From NCBI GenBank assembly GCA_050945855.1, contig JBMNTS010000003.1, forward strand, positions 8,038 through 72,037: DNA of 64,000 nucleotides, in the 5' to 3' direction. The notes below the pieces were generated by a model that worked only from the letters and a program-made list of their open reading frames with translations, searched no databases and was not told where the DNA came from. The stretch comes from Christensenellales bacterium (GTDB lineage: Bacteria > Bacillota > Clostridia > Christensenellales > DTU072). Of this stretch, positions 36,525 to 47,550 are shown one piece after another (positions within the stretch are counted from its first letter, which is position 1; each line of letters starts with the position of its first letter). Made by a program: the position numbers and the translations under genes.

Positions 36525-37102
36525 TACGCGCAACCAACCTTACAAAAGCCTTCGGCGCCGAACTCCTGTTTGAAAATATAAATATTGAAATACCCGAAGG
36601 GAAGATAACTGTCATTATGGGCGCTTCCGGCAAAGGCAAAACTACCCTCCTGCGCCTGCTTGCGGGACTGGATAAGGAATACCGCGGCGAAATCACCGGG
36701 ATTCCGGATAAAGTCGCCTGGGTTTTTCAGGAAAACAGGCTGCTTGCGTGGCTTAATCTGTACGATAATCTGGCTCTGGTTTTGCCTGATAAGGAAAACT
36801 CTTATAAAAAGGTAACCGCCGCCCTGCGCCTGGCGGGGCTGGAAAACGATAAATATAAAATGCCTGCCGAACTGTCCGGCGGCATGCAAAGAAGAGCCGC
36901 TCTCGCCCGCGCCCTGCTTTCGGACGCGCGGTATCTGTTTATGGACGAGCCCTTTACCGGCCTGGACGAGCTCACCAAAATCCAAGTCGCCCAAAAAGTA
37001 TTCCTCTTAGCAAAGGAACGCGCCCTCACCGTCATAGTAGTCACCCACGACAAGGAAATCGCCGCAATGGGTGACAATGTTATCAGTCTGGACGGAAAAT
37101 AA
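36521..37102 (+). CDS. ABC transporter ATP-binding protein (NitT/TauT family)
   Basis: MIRATNLTKAF..GASGKGKTTLL Walker A, LSGGMQRR signature, LFMDEP Walker B. ATGA overlap with the permease stop. The track ORF starts 75 nt upstream. Confidence 0.85.
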   Translation: MIRATNLTKAFGAELLFENINIEIPEGKITVIMGASGKGKTTLLRLLAGLDKEYRGEITGIPDKVAWVFQENRLLAWLNLYDNLALVLPDKENSYKKVTAALRLAGLENDKYKMPAELSGGMQRRAALARALLSDARYLFMDEPFTGLDELTKIQVAQKVFLLAKERALTVIVVTHDKEIAAMGDNVISLDGK

Positions 37103-37121
37103 AAGAGCGGCACGCCGCTTT
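37103..37121 (+). repeat. Minimal hairpin copy D of the element arms, 1 nt after the ABC-ATPase stop
   Basis: TAA-AAGAGCGG-CACG-CCGCTTT. The 9-nt AAGAGCGGC is identical to copies A and C, and the two arms abut with only a tetraloop. Confidence 0.45.
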
Positions 37122-37138
37122 CGGCAACAATAAGTTAT

Positions 37139-37170
37139 AAAAAAAGCCCGCTTGCTCAGCGGGCTTTTTG
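37139..37170. terminator. Bidirectional intrinsic terminator between the ABC operon and eno
   Basis: AGCCCGC-ttgctca-GCGGGCT flanked by A7 and T5. Confidence 0.85.
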
Positions 37171-37182
37171 GTTTGGAAATTA

Positions 37183-38499
<1,317 letters not shown>

Positions 38500-38533
38500 T
38501 TAATTTCTCCTTATTTCAATTATAACGCAATAA

Positions 38534-38562
38534 ATATTACCATATTTTTACATTTGAGTCAA
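38534..38562 (-). promoter_or_regulatory. Promoter TTGACT-17-(TGg)TAATAT (eno)
   Basis: Minus-strand hexamers at 38557-38562 and 38534-38539. Confidence 0.55.
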
Positions 38563-38596
38563 ATAAAACGCAATAATCCCCTCTTATAGCGGGGCT

Positions 38597-39124
38597 TTAA
38601 TAATCGTAACCCGCTTCAAAGGCGGCCAGATTTATGTCGATAAGCTTAGGTTTGGCAGAAAAGCGTTCCTTTATGACTTCCTTTGCGGTTTGCGCGCTAA
38701 ACTTGCCGCGCGCTTTAACGTATGCGCCCAAAGCAGCAATGTTTGCCGCCTTTTCGCTGCCCGCTTTTTGCGCCAGTTCACCCGCGGGGAGCTGAATAAC
38801 GTTTACGCCGGGGATTTCTTCGGAGTAGTCAATAAGAGAGCTGTTGATAATGATTGTGCCGCCTTTCCTGACCTTGTCCTTAAACTTGATTAAAGAGGGC
38901 AGATTCATCGCTATCAGGCAATCGGGAGTGGAAATAATGGGAGAAGCGACGGGCTTTTGGGAAACCACCACCATACAGTTGCTTGTGCCCCCGCGCATTT
39001 CCGGTCCGTAAGAGGGCAGCCAGGTGACCTCCTTTTTTTCGGCTATCGCCATATACGCTATAAACTGACCTAAACTAAGCACTCCTTGTCCGCCGAAACC
39101 GGCGATTATTATCTTCTCTTCCAT
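38597..39124 (-). CDS. 2-oxoacid:ferredoxin oxidoreductase, gamma subunit
   Basis: IIIAGFGGQGVLSLGQFIA N-terminus. Last gene of the four-gene delta-alpha-beta-gamma operon. Confidence 0.88.
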   Translation of the reverse strand: MEEKIIIAGFGGQGVLSLGQFIAYMAIAEKKEVTWLPSYGPEMRGGTSNCMVVVSQKPVASPIISTPDCLIAMNLPSLIKFKDKVRKGGTIIINSSLIDYSEEIPGVNVIQLPAGELAQKAGSEKAANIAALGAYVKARGKFSAQTAKEVIKERFSAKPKLIDINLAAFEAGYDY

Positions 39125-39861
39125 TATAGTATCTCCTTAAACACGCCCGGAGGGAAAACCTTGGTCATTTCGTTGGCGGAAAAATCCATAGCCGCCTGCG
39201 GAGTCATTTTCCAGTTGGTGGGGCAAGTGGAAAGCATTTCCACCAGCGAAAAGCCTTTGTTCTGCAACTGGCATTCAAAAGCCTTTTTTACCGCTCTTTT
39301 TGCTTTGCGGATGTTTTTGGCGTCACTGAGCAGCACTCTTTCGATATACGCGGGGCCGTCAAGCGTGGCAAGCATTTCGCACACTTTGATAGGGTTGCCG
39401 TGCAGCGCGGCGTTACGTCCCTGCGGCGAAGTGGTGGCTTTTTGCCCCAACAGGGTAGTGGGCGCCATTTGCCCGCCCGTCATACCGTATATGGCGTTGT
39501 TAATAAATATTACCGTAATGTTCTCGCCCCGCGCCGCGGCGTGTACGATTTCCGCCATACCGATGGAGGCAAGGTCGCCGTCGCCCTGATAGGCAAATAC
39601 TACGGCGTCCGGGCGCGTCCTTTTTGCGCCTGTGGCTACCGCGGGGGCTCTGCCGTGAGAGGCTTGTATCATATCGCAATTGAAATAATTATAAGCGAAA
39701 ACGGCGCAGCCTACCGGAGCGATGCCTATAATATCTTTATCCGGGCATAACTCCTGCAGTACCTCCGCGGTTATACGGTGCGCTATGCCGTGCGTGCAGC
39801 CCGGGCAATAGTGCAAGGTGGCATCTGTCAGCATATTGGTTTTTTCAAATACGGTTTTCAT
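39124..39861 (-). CDS. 2-oxoacid:ferredoxin oxidoreductase, beta (TPP-binding) subunit
   Basis: YCPGCTHG, GDGD...NN.IYGMTGGQ TPP motif. 1-nt overlaps on both sides. Confidence 0.9.
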   Translation of the reverse strand: MKTVFEKTNMLTDATLHYCPGCTHGIAHRITAEVLQELCPDKDIIGIAPVGCAVFAYNYFNCDMIQASHGRAPAVATGAKRTRPDAVVFAYQGDGDLASIGMAEIVHAAARGENITVIFINNAIYGMTGGQMAPTTLLGQKATTSPQGRNAALHGNPIKVCEMLATLDGPAYIERVLLSDAKNIRKAKRAVKKAFECQLQNKGFSLVEMLSTCPTNWKMTPQAAMDFSANEMTKVFPPGVFKEIL

Positions 39862-40916
39862 TACTTTAATCCGCCTTTTACATAATCAACGATTTCTTCG
39901 GGGGTCATTACCATACCGCCCGATCTGCCGTAAAAGCCTACGGGTTTCGCGCCTTCCACGCCCAGCCTTATATCCTCCACCATTTGCCCCATGGAAAGCT
40001 CTAAGGTCAAAAAGGACTTGACTTCCGGCTTTTGCGCAAGCTCGCACACCGCCTGATATGGGAATGGCGAAAGGGTAATAGGCCGCAGCAAACCTGCCTT
40101 TATGCCCTCCTCTCTGAGCAAATCCACGGCGCTCGCGGCGATACGCGCCACGCTGCCGTAAGCGCAGAGAATAAGCTCGGCGTCTTGGGTAAGGTAAGTT
40201 TCGTAAGCTGTTTCAGCTTGCTCGATTCTCTTGAATTTTTCGTAAGCCGCTATTGTGCGCGCCTCCAGCACCTCGGGCTGAATGTACAGGGAATTGATTA
40301 TCCTGCGCCCCGCTCCTCTGCCCGTGCCGTCCGCCGCCCAGGGCCTTTTGTTATTGATATTTTCTTTTTGCGGAGGAAGCTCTACCGCTTCCATCATCTG
40401 CCCCAGCATGCCGTCTCCCAGAATCAATACGGGAATGCGGTATTTGTTTGCCTTCTCAAAGGAATCGTAAACGATATTCACCGCCTCCTGCAAGGTGGAA
40501 GGAGCATATACAAGCAACTTGTAATCGCCGTGACCGCCGCCCTTCACGCTTTGGAAGTAATCGCCTTGCCCGGGCAATATGCCTCCGAGACCGGGACCGC
40601 TGCGCACCATATTGATAATGACGCAAGGCAGCTCCGCTCCCGCGATATAGCTTATGCCTTCCTGCTTAAGGCTGATGCCGGGACTGGAGGAGGAGGTCAT
40701 TGCCATGGCCCCCGCGCCCGCCGCGCCGTATACCATATTTATGGCGCTTACCTCGCTTTCCGCCTGAATGAACACGCCGCCAATTTCCGGAAGTCTTTGG
40801 GAAAGATATTCCGGAATTTCGTTTTGGGGGGTGATTGGGTATCCGAAAAAGGCTCTGCAGCCGCCTAAAACAGCCGCTTCCGCTATTGCCTCATTACCTT
40901 TCATCAGCTTTTTCAT
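39861..40916 (-). CDS. 2-oxoacid:ferredoxin oxidoreductase, alpha subunit
   Basis: MKKLMKGNEAIAEAAVLGGCRAFFGYPITPQNEI. GAGGTG RBS. ATGA overlap with the delta-subunit stop. The track starts at 40937. Confidence 0.9.
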   Translation of the reverse strand: MKKLMKGNEAIAEAAVLGGCRAFFGYPITPQNEIPEYLSQRLPEIGGVFIQAESEVSAINMVYGAAGAGAMAMTSSSSPGISLKQEGISYIAGAELPCVIINMVRSGPGLGGILPGQGDYFQSVKGGGHGDYKLLVYAPSTLQEAVNIVYDSFEKANKYRIPVLILGDGMLGQMMEAVELPPQKENINNKRPWAADGTGRGAGRRIINSLYIQPEVLEARTIAAYEKFKRIEQAETAYETYLTQDAELILCAYGSVARIAASAVDLLREEGIKAGLLRPITLSPFPYQAVCELAQKPEVKSFLTLELSMGQMVEDIRLGVEGAKPVGFYGRSGGMVMTPEEIVDYVKGGLK

Positions 40917-41116
40917 CTTTGCACCTCTATCGCGCAATCAGGACATACAACGGCGCAGTTGGCACAGCCTATACATTTATCGCCATCCGTTACACAAGCG
41001 TAAAAATAGCCGCTCGCGTTGCTTTTGTCCGATATCGCTATTATCTTTACGGGGCACTCTCTCACACAGAGCGCGCACCCTTTGCATACTTCTTTGTCAA
41101 TGATAGTTCTTGCCAA
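40913..41116 (-). CDS. 2-oxoacid:ferredoxin oxidoreductase, delta subunit (2x[4Fe-4S] ferredoxin)
   Basis: CKGCALCVRECP and CIGCANCAVVCP cluster motifs. TTG start 7 nt after AAGGAG. The track's extension to 41266 crosses the promoter. Confidence 0.8.
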   Translation of the reverse strand: MARTIIDKEVCKGCALCVRECPVKIIAISDKSNASGYFYACVTDGDKCIGCANCAVVCPDCAIEVQR

Positions 41117-41148
41117 TTTTTTTCTCCTTAGAAAACAGCATTTTATAA

Positions 41149-41177
41149 AGTATACAATTTTAGAATTACATTGTAAA
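41149..41177 (-). promoter_or_regulatory. Promoter TTTACA-17-TATACT (oxidoreductase operon)
   Basis: Minus-strand hexamers at 41172-41177 and 41149-41154. Confidence 0.55.
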
Positions 41178-41292
41178 GTTTTTTTAGCCCGGGATAAGAA
41201 AAGCCCCGATTTTTTGGCAAAAAATTTATCCGAACCCGCAAATAAATTAAAAATGCCGCGGCACACAAATCAAAGTGTCTTTGCGCTCTTTG

Positions 41293-41529
41293 TTATGACT
41301 TAGCCCTGTAGAAAAGGATATTTTTAGCTAAAATATCGTTGTAGGAAAAGCTTGAAAGGTCGCCGTCAAGATGCCTTACCGTAAAGATGGACGGATAAGT
41401 GCTTTCCACGCTGCCGTGAATGGTTTCTATTCGGTTGCGCCCGCGGTTGACTCTCAGGCGTATTGTTATGCCTTTCAAATCTGTAACCTGCCTTTTTGTG
41501 GCGTCTATATCCTGATTGATTTCCCTCAT
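41293..41529 (-). CDS. veg: Veg family protein
   Basis: 78 aa. GRNRIETIHGSVESTYPSIFTV......SSFSYNDILAKNI matches the Veg/DUF1021 pattern. Confidence 0.85.
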   Translation of the reverse strand: MREINQDIDATKRQVTDLKGITIRLRVNRGRNRIETIHGSVESTYPSIFTVRHLDGDLSSFSYNDILAKNILFYRAKS

Positions 41530-41677
41530 ACTCTTTTAAAGGCGAATACCTGCCCTTTTAAGTATAGCCTATTTTGGGCAAATTATAATTGAAAGGCGCG
41601 GTTTATTTAAAAAATCCCTTCTTTTCCGCCGCTTTTTATAGTATAATTAAAAATAAAAATAGGAATAAGGGTGCAAA

Positions 41678-42784
41678 ATGGCAAAGAAAAAACCTGACAA
41701 AATCATGAAATTTCTCAAAAATATGTCAAAGCGGGAAAAGGGACTGGCAATAGCTTTGATAGTAGCGATTGCGGTATGCGGCTGCCTTGCGGGCGAGCTT
41801 TTTCTTACCGTTCCTCAAGATTTGCCCGAGCCGCCGCTCTCAAACAGGCAATTCGGGTACGTTCAGACGGGGGACGGACTGGTCAGCGCGCAGGAGGGAC
41901 TTAATATTTACCTGCTGGACACGGGACAGGGCGAAAGTATTTATATCCTGTTTCCGGACGGAAAAAACATGCTGATAGACGCGGGGCGGGGTACGGCGGA
42001 AAATCAGCAGGCAACGCAGACTTTTTTAAGCTTTTTTACGGAAAATGAGATAAGCGCTCTGGATTACCTTATGCTTACGCACAGCGACGCCGACCATTGC
42101 AATATGCTGGACGATATTGTGGAGATGCTGGAGGTAAAGAAATTTTACCTTAACGATTACCCTGTGGAGAGCGCAAGCGCCACCTACAAAAAATTCCACG
42201 GGCTGGCCGTCGCAGAGGAAGGAGCGGAATACGTGCTTATCGATGAGGACGGGGAAGTTTATTACATAGAGAGTGGGGAAGGCGCGGCTAAGCCGTATAA
42301 AATGACGATTTTCGCGCCCGGATACAATAACAGTGAACTGCCCGAGGGCACCAATCCCGACAGCCCCATCTGCATTTTGGAATACGGGGGGAGAAAAGTG
42401 CTCTTGACAGGCGACGCGACTAAGGAATCGGAGGAGTATTTTATAGACTGGCTGGATAATCCCCAAGGTCTTGACATCGATGTGCTGAAAGTGGGACACC
42501 ATGGCAGCAAAGAGAGCACCGCGGAGAGTTTTTTGGAATATTTTACGCCGGAATACGCCCTTATCAGCTGCGGAGAGCAAAACACTTATGACCACCCTTC
42601 CGCAATGCTGATGAACAGGCTGTTTAATTACGGAATAGTAACGTACCGTACCAACAGGCACGGCACGATATTATTATCCATAGACAGTGAAGGGGATATG
42701 CGGTTTACCACTAAATTTTACGCGCCGCCGGAAAACAACAGGTTTGACCTGCCTACACTATACGCTTCCCAGGCCGCGGAATAA
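41678..42784 (+). CDS. Membrane-anchored MBL-fold hydrolase (ComEC/Rec2-related beta-lactamase domain only)
   Basis: N-terminal TM. LDTGQGESI, LTHSDADH (HxHxDH variant), VGHHGS. Confidence 0.75.
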   Translation: MAKKKPDKIMKFLKNMSKREKGLAIALIVAIAVCGCLAGELFLTVPQDLPEPPLSNRQFGYVQTGDGLVSAQEGLNIYLLDTGQGESIYILFPDGKNMLIDAGRGTAENQQATQTFLSFFTENEISALDYLMLTHSDADHCNMLDDIVEMLEVKKFYLNDYPVESASATYKKFHGLAVAEEGAEYVLIDEDGEVYYIESGEGAAKPYKMTIFAPGYNNSELPEGTNPDSPICILEYGGRKVLLTGDATKESEEYFIDWLDNPQGLDIDVLKVGHHGSKESTAESFLEYFTPEYALISCGEQNTYDHPSAMLMNRLFNYGIVTYRTNRHGTILLSIDSEGDMRFTTKFYAPPENNRFDLPTLYASQAAE

Positions 42785-42788
42785 AAAC

Positions 42789-43841
42789 CTACCATTTATT
42801 ATAGACTTTTTCGCAAAAAGCGTGCATATTTTCTATGACAAGCTCTTTGCCGTCGTCCAAAATTACCTTGCCGCTCCAGGTACCGTAGACCTGATGCGTA
42901 ACCATTTTTAATAAGCCCAGATTAAGATTGACAAAATGGTCAAAGTAGGGCATCATTGTCATTTCAAAGCGTCCGTCCTCGGAATGGAAATGCCAGGGCG
43001 ACATCCACTTGCCCCCGACTTCGGGGTCGGGGTCTACCCAAACCCTGCCTATCTTATGGCATTTGCCGTCATAAAACAGCGCGGTTTCGGTAGCGGCTTC
43101 CTCGTTGCCGAAGCCCCAGGTTATTTCAAAACCAAACAGCTTGCCGTCCAGAAAGCAGGAGCCGTTGCCCCAATACCACATATTGGAATAAGGCCATACG
43201 CCTCTGCCCCAGTCTAACACCAAAAAGGTGTTTTTGGGGCTGAATTCCTTCACAAAGTCATTGATTTTGACAGTACCGGTAACGGGCATGCAGTTAATTT
43301 TTTGGGTAAAGAAAAAGCGGTTGGGGGCGGGCTTGGAAAACGGGGTGGCTATGGTCAGACTTTCCAGTCCTTTTTGCATCTTCGCCGTAATATCAATCTC
43401 TATTTCGCTGTTGCGTGAGCCTTTGCCTTTAAAATACAGCTCGCGTTTATCCTCTGTAACGTTAACGGAGTAATCAAAACTTTTATCCTTAATGCCAAAG
43501 GAATAAGGGGCGTCGCCGTTGCGGTTCAATTCCTTCGCGTGAGTTTTCAAGGATACTTTCATAGCTTCCCATTTTTTGCCGCTCTCCAGATCTATTACGC
43601 CTATCGTGGCTCCCGAGGCTAAGGAAATATTGGCAAAATTCATCTGCACGGAAAACTTATCGTCCGAAAACTGATAAAAATCCCACTCCTTTATCCGCCT
43701 TTTGGGAGCGGTAATGTTTTCGCGGTTGTACACGAAAAGGTTTCTTTTACAATAACCGGGGCGGGCAAGCGTGCCGTCCTCATTCAACAGGTTTTGCCGT
43801 TCGGTTATCTCGATTTGTTTGTTTAACTCGGTTTTTTTCAT
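42789..43841 (-). CDS. DUF2804-family protein
   Basis: GYCKRNLFVYNRENI...IKEWDFYQF...VLDWGRGVWPY pattern. Start at MKKTELN (GGGAGGAAG RBS). The track starts at 43901. Confidence 0.65.
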   Translation of the reverse strand: MKKTELNKQIEITERQNLLNEDGTLARPGYCKRNLFVYNRENITAPKRRIKEWDFYQFSDDKFSVQMNFANISLASGATIGVIDLESGKKWEAMKVSLKTHAKELNRNGDAPYSFGIKDKSFDYSVNVTEDKRELYFKGKGSRNSEIEIDITAKMQKGLESLTIATPFSKPAPNRFFFTQKINCMPVTGTVKINDFVKEFSPKNTFLVLDWGRGVWPYSNMWYWGNGSCFLDGKLFGFEITWGFGNEEAATETALFYDGKCHKIGRVWVDPDPEVGGKWMSPWHFHSEDGRFEMTMMPYFDHFVNLNLGLLKMVTHQVYGTWSGKVILDDGKELVIENMHAFCEKVYNKW

Positions 43842-43926
43842 TGCTTCCTCCCTTTTTATTATTAAGGGCAATGCCGTGTAAGCAATGCCCTTGTGATGCA
43901 AAATTTATTTAGCGCCAAAACACCTG

Positions 43927-44427
43927 TTAGTCGTTAAGACCGAATCTCTTGTTCTGATTGTTGTGCATGCTGTTGTCTATGATAAGGGCGAGAGCGCAGA
44001 ACAGGGCGGGGTCAAAGTTGTCGGATACATCCAACTCGTAGGTGTCGCCGATATGCATATACTTTTTATGAATGGAGCCGATATACTGACCTTGCATATA
44101 CACGGTAAAGTCCCACGCAAGCCAGCTGCCCTTAATCTCAAACTCGTTATTGTTGCCGTCCTCGATAATAAATCTGGGTCTGCCGAATCTTAACTTGCGG
44201 CGCACAAACAGCTTGAGCTCTTTATCCTGAAACACTTTATATTTAGGCATAAGAGAAATCAGTCTCTTTTTAATATAGCAGACTTCATCGCCATTGATAT
44301 CGTTCAAATATATTCTGGTAATAGACAGAGCAGGCTTTTTGCCTTTGAAAACCAAATTGCCGTTGCTGTCGGTAAACTTATACTTATCGCCTATGGCAAG
44401 CACTCTTTGTTTCAGATATAATTTCAT
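43927..44427 (-). CDS. LURP-one-related / tubby-C-like (scramblase-like, DUF567) protein
   Basis: 166 aa, with repeated beta-hairpin pattern F.I.D.NGN..F.I.G......F.I characteristic of YxjI/LURP1-like proteins. Confidence 0.65.
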   Translation of the reverse strand: MKLYLKQRVLAIGDKYKFTDSNGNLVFKGKKPALSITRIYLNDINGDEVCYIKKRLISLMPKYKVFQDKELKLFVRRKLRFGRPRFIIEDGNNNEFEIKGSWLAWDFTVYMQGQYIGSIHKKYMHIGDTYELDVSDNFDPALFCALALIIDNSMHNNQNKRFGLND

Positions 44428-44574
44428 GTTGTCCCTCCATTTTTGTACAGTATATCACTTAAAATGAGGCTTGTCAATACCAAAAAGAGCATTATGAATG
44501 ACCCTTTATTGCATCGACATTGCGTCTCTCCTTTGCCCGATTGCTTATTTCCCCTGCCCTTTCACACAGTTAAA

Positions 44575-47523
44575 TCACTTTATTATTATCGTTTTTATTT
44601 CAAAGGGGGTGAAGGAAAGCGCGGACAGGTCGGCTTTCTTTATGCACTCCTCAAGCATATTGGCTTCATGGCATTCCACATAGCTTTGGCTGCAGGTGAT
44701 TCTGGCGGTGGTGGCTTTGCCTTGGTTTTCGTAAATCCTGAGCAGGGTGCCCATATTGTCGCGGGTCTTTTTGATTGTTTCGATTACGATATTCTTTTTG
44801 TCGGATACCGCGAAGGCGGGGTATTCCAGACCTTTGGAGATAATTATAGGATTGTTGAAAGCGTAGGCGTATTCCTGCGTGTTATTATCCTCAAACCTGC
44901 CCTTATAGGGATAGAGAGCGTAGCGGAAACATTGCTCTCCCCTGTCCGCGCAAGGGTCGGGATATACCGGGCTTCTGAGCAGGTTAAGGGAAATAAGACC
45001 TTCCTTTACCCTGTGCCCGTACTTGCAGTCGTTAATCAGGCTTATGCCGTATTCGCCGTCTTCCAAATCCACCCACTTGTGAGCGCAAATCTCAAATTGC
45101 GCTTTTTCCTGTTTTGTTTCGTCTTTGGTACTGCGCTTGATGTTGCCCATCTGGATATCGCAGCGCACCTTATCCGAATAAGTCATGGGTCTGAATTCCG
45201 CCCTGAGCATTTTGTGCGTTTCCTGCCAGTTGACCAGCGTTTCAAACTCCACATAAGGAACGCCGGTAGTGAGGATAACCTTTTGAATTAATGAGGACCT
45301 GTTATATTTATAAGTATTGGTGCGGATAACTCTGGGACCGTCAAGCTCTGTCGTGTAGCTTACCAGCTTAAACTGGCGGGGAGCCTTTTTGGTGTAGTCA
45401 ATGCTGATATCCCAGGCGTTGTAATGCATACGCTTGTCTTTGTATACGTTAAGGCGGTTGAGGAACACTTTGCTGTGCTCGATATTGTCCTGCTTGGTAA
45501 TCAGGCTCACGATGTCGCCGCTCTTGTCAAAGGTGAGCTTTATCAAATCGTTTTCTATGGTGTTGTGTGAGCAGTTGGGCTGGACAATGCTTTTCGCCGG
45601 CTGCAGATAGCCTATGGAATAAGGCTTGAGGTCGGCTATATGCCACTCATTGTTATGCTTGACATATTCCCTGCGGGCAAACGGGGTAGTGTTGACCGCC
45701 ACCGTTTTGTCCAGTTTGTTAAGGTTGTCAAGCGCCTTTTGCTTAATCCCCTCCAGAGCGGCAAGCAACGCCTCGTACCGCTCTTCCGCCTCTTTATATA
45801 CCCGATTAATGGAAGAGCCTGGAATAATATCGTGGAATTGGTACAGCAGCACCTCTTTCCAGATTTCGTCCAACTGCTCTTTGGGATACGCGTAGCCGTA
45901 GCAAGCGGCAAGCGCGCACAAAAACTCCGCGTCGTGCAAAGCCTGTTCGCATTTTCTGTTATACCGTTTGGTCTTAGACTGCGTGGTGAGCGTGCCCTGA
46001 TGTTTTTCCAGATATAACTCCCCTTTGTGGGAAATCATCTTGTCGCGGTATTTTTCCAATTGGGAAAACACCTCGGAAGCGGGCGCAAGCTTGACCGTGG
46101 TCATGCCCTTTTGCTTTGTCGCCCTGACAATGCTCTCCATGTGCCCCTCCCCGGGACCGCCGCCGCCGTCTCCGATGCCAAACAGCAGGGAGGCTACGGG
46201 TATTTTATCCTTTTCCGCGTTGCATCGCGCGGTGGCTTCCACACTCACCGCGTGCCCTTCCGCGCAGTAATTGCCGTAAGGGGGCATATGCACTATTATC
46301 TCGCTGTCGTCTATGCCTTTCCACTTGAAAGAATTGTAAGGCCATTTGTTCTGCATATTCCAGCTTAGCTTAATGGTCAGGAAGTAGTCCATTCCGCATT
46401 TTTTTATAATCTGCGGCAGCGCGCCGCTGAAACCGAACACGTCGGGCAGCCAGCACACTTTGGGGCTGATGCCGAATTCCTTGCGCCAGAATTCCGTCCC
46501 GTATACGCATTGGCGAATCAGCGATTCCCCGCAGGGCACGTTGTTGTCCGCCTCCGTCCACATACCGCCCTGAATTTCTATCCTGCCGTTGGCTACCGCT
46601 TCCTTTACTCTGCGGTAAAGAGAAGGATGATCCTGCTTTACCCACTGGAAAAGCTGAGCCTGACTTGCCCCGAAAACATAGTCATCGTATTTTTCTATAT
46701 TCTGCAGCTGGTTGGCAAAAGTCCTGCAGCCTTTGCGGCGGGATTCCCTGACCGGCCACAGCCATGCGAGGTCTATATGCGCGTGTCCCGTGGCGTACAC
46801 GGTATCCGCTCCCTGTTCGCCGTAGTTGTATTCCGCCAATATGACTTCCCTTGCTTTTTGAACGTTGACGGGACTGAAATCCGTAAGCAGCTTATCGGCT
46901 AAGGCAAGCGCGATGCCGATTTTACGCCTTTTGTTCTCGTCGCTTATGCTGATTTTTTGGGTAAGCAGAGCATGGTAATCATAATACAGCGCTCTGATGT
47001 CCTCCCTTACCTCCACGAGATCCGCTCTCTTTAATTTGGCGTAGCTTATCTTATCCACCAAAGTCTTGTTGTATCCCGCTTCCACCCAAAAGTCGATTTC
47101 CTCTCCGCCTTCGGCGCAGGAATACAATTCCACCTCCTGCTTTCCCTTTGCGGGCTGGGCTACGTTTAATAAGCCGTCGATTTTACTAAGACCTATGACG
47201 GGATTGCCATCGTCGTCAAACAGACAGCCTTCCCAGTCCACATTGATTAATGCGCTTATCTTTTTGCCTGCGCAGCTTGTGGGCACTCTGCCCTTGAAAT
47301 TGAACCACGCGCAATCGTAATTGATGCCCCACCTGTCCCCGATGCTGATGGGATTGAAAGCCAGTTCCTCTCTTTTGTCAAAGGGGATAGGCTCTTTGTC
47401 CGCCGCGTAGAAAGCCTGGAGTTCTCCCACTTTGGTGTAAACGCGACGTCTGATTTGTTTTAATTTACCGGAATTAGCCGCGATTTTTGCAAGAGCGTTT
47501 TTCTTGAATTTGGGATAAGACAT
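44575..47523 (-). CDS. Glycoside hydrolase family 38 alpha-mannosidase
   Basis: GHAHIDLAWLWP, WLPDVFG and FGIGDGGGGP motifs. 982 aa, no signal peptide. Confidence 0.9.
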   Translation of the reverse strand: MSYPKFKKNALAKIAANSGKLKQIRRRVYTKVGELQAFYAADKEPIPFDKREELAFNPISIGDRWGINYDCAWFNFKGRVPTSCAGKKISALINVDWEGCLFDDDGNPVIGLSKIDGLLNVAQPAKGKQEVELYSCAEGGEEIDFWVEAGYNKTLVDKISYAKLKRADLVEVREDIRALYYDYHALLTQKISISDENKRRKIGIALALADKLLTDFSPVNVQKAREVILAEYNYGEQGADTVYATGHAHIDLAWLWPVRESRRKGCRTFANQLQNIEKYDDYVFGASQAQLFQWVKQDHPSLYRRVKEAVANGRIEIQGGMWTEADNNVPCGESLIRQCVYGTEFWRKEFGISPKVCWLPDVFGFSGALPQIIKKCGMDYFLTIKLSWNMQNKWPYNSFKWKGIDDSEIIVHMPPYGNYCAEGHAVSVEATARCNAEKDKIPVASLLFGIGDGGGGPGEGHMESIVRATKQKGMTTVKLAPASEVFSQLEKYRDKMISHKGELYLEKHQGTLTTQSKTKRYNRKCEQALHDAEFLCALAACYGYAYPKEQLDEIWKEVLLYQFHDIIPGSSINRVYKEAEERYEALLAALEGIKQKALDNLNKLDKTVAVNTTPFARREYVKHNNEWHIADLKPYSIGYLQPAKSIVQPNCSHNTIENDLIKLTFDKSGDIVSLITKQDNIEHSKVFLNRLNVYKDKRMHYNAWDISIDYTKKAPRQFKLVSYTTELDGPRVIRTNTYKYNRSSLIQKVILTTGVPYVEFETLVNWQETHKMLRAEFRPMTYSDKVRCDIQMGNIKRSTKDETKQEKAQFEICAHKWVDLEDGEYGISLINDCKYGHRVKEGLISLNLLRSPVYPDPCADRGEQCFRYALYPYKGRFEDNNTQEYAYAFNNPIIISKGLEYPAFAVSDKKNIVIETIKKTRDNMGTLLRIYENQGKATTARITCSQSYVECHEANMLEECIKKADLSALSFTPFEIKTIIIK

Positions 47524-47550
47524 TATAGACTCCTTTAATTTTATTGCGGA

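Noticed and set aside
40913-41266. N-terminal extensions in the ORF track: 40913-41266, 28855-29766, 42789-43901, 15597-17408, 36446-37102 and 4216-5160.
   Set aside because: In each case a downstream start has a proper SD at 5-10 nt and gives the family-typical N-terminus. The extension runs through promoter, terminator or upstream-gene sequence.
43864-43892. The hairpin AAGGGCAATGC-cgtgtaa-GCAATGCCCTT between the LURP-one-like and DUF2804 genes as a terminator.
   Set aside because: It has one A-A mismatch and no U-run on either strand, and it lies 22 nt upstream of the next start codon. It is more likely an intercistronic stabiliser or has no function, so I did not call it as a feature.
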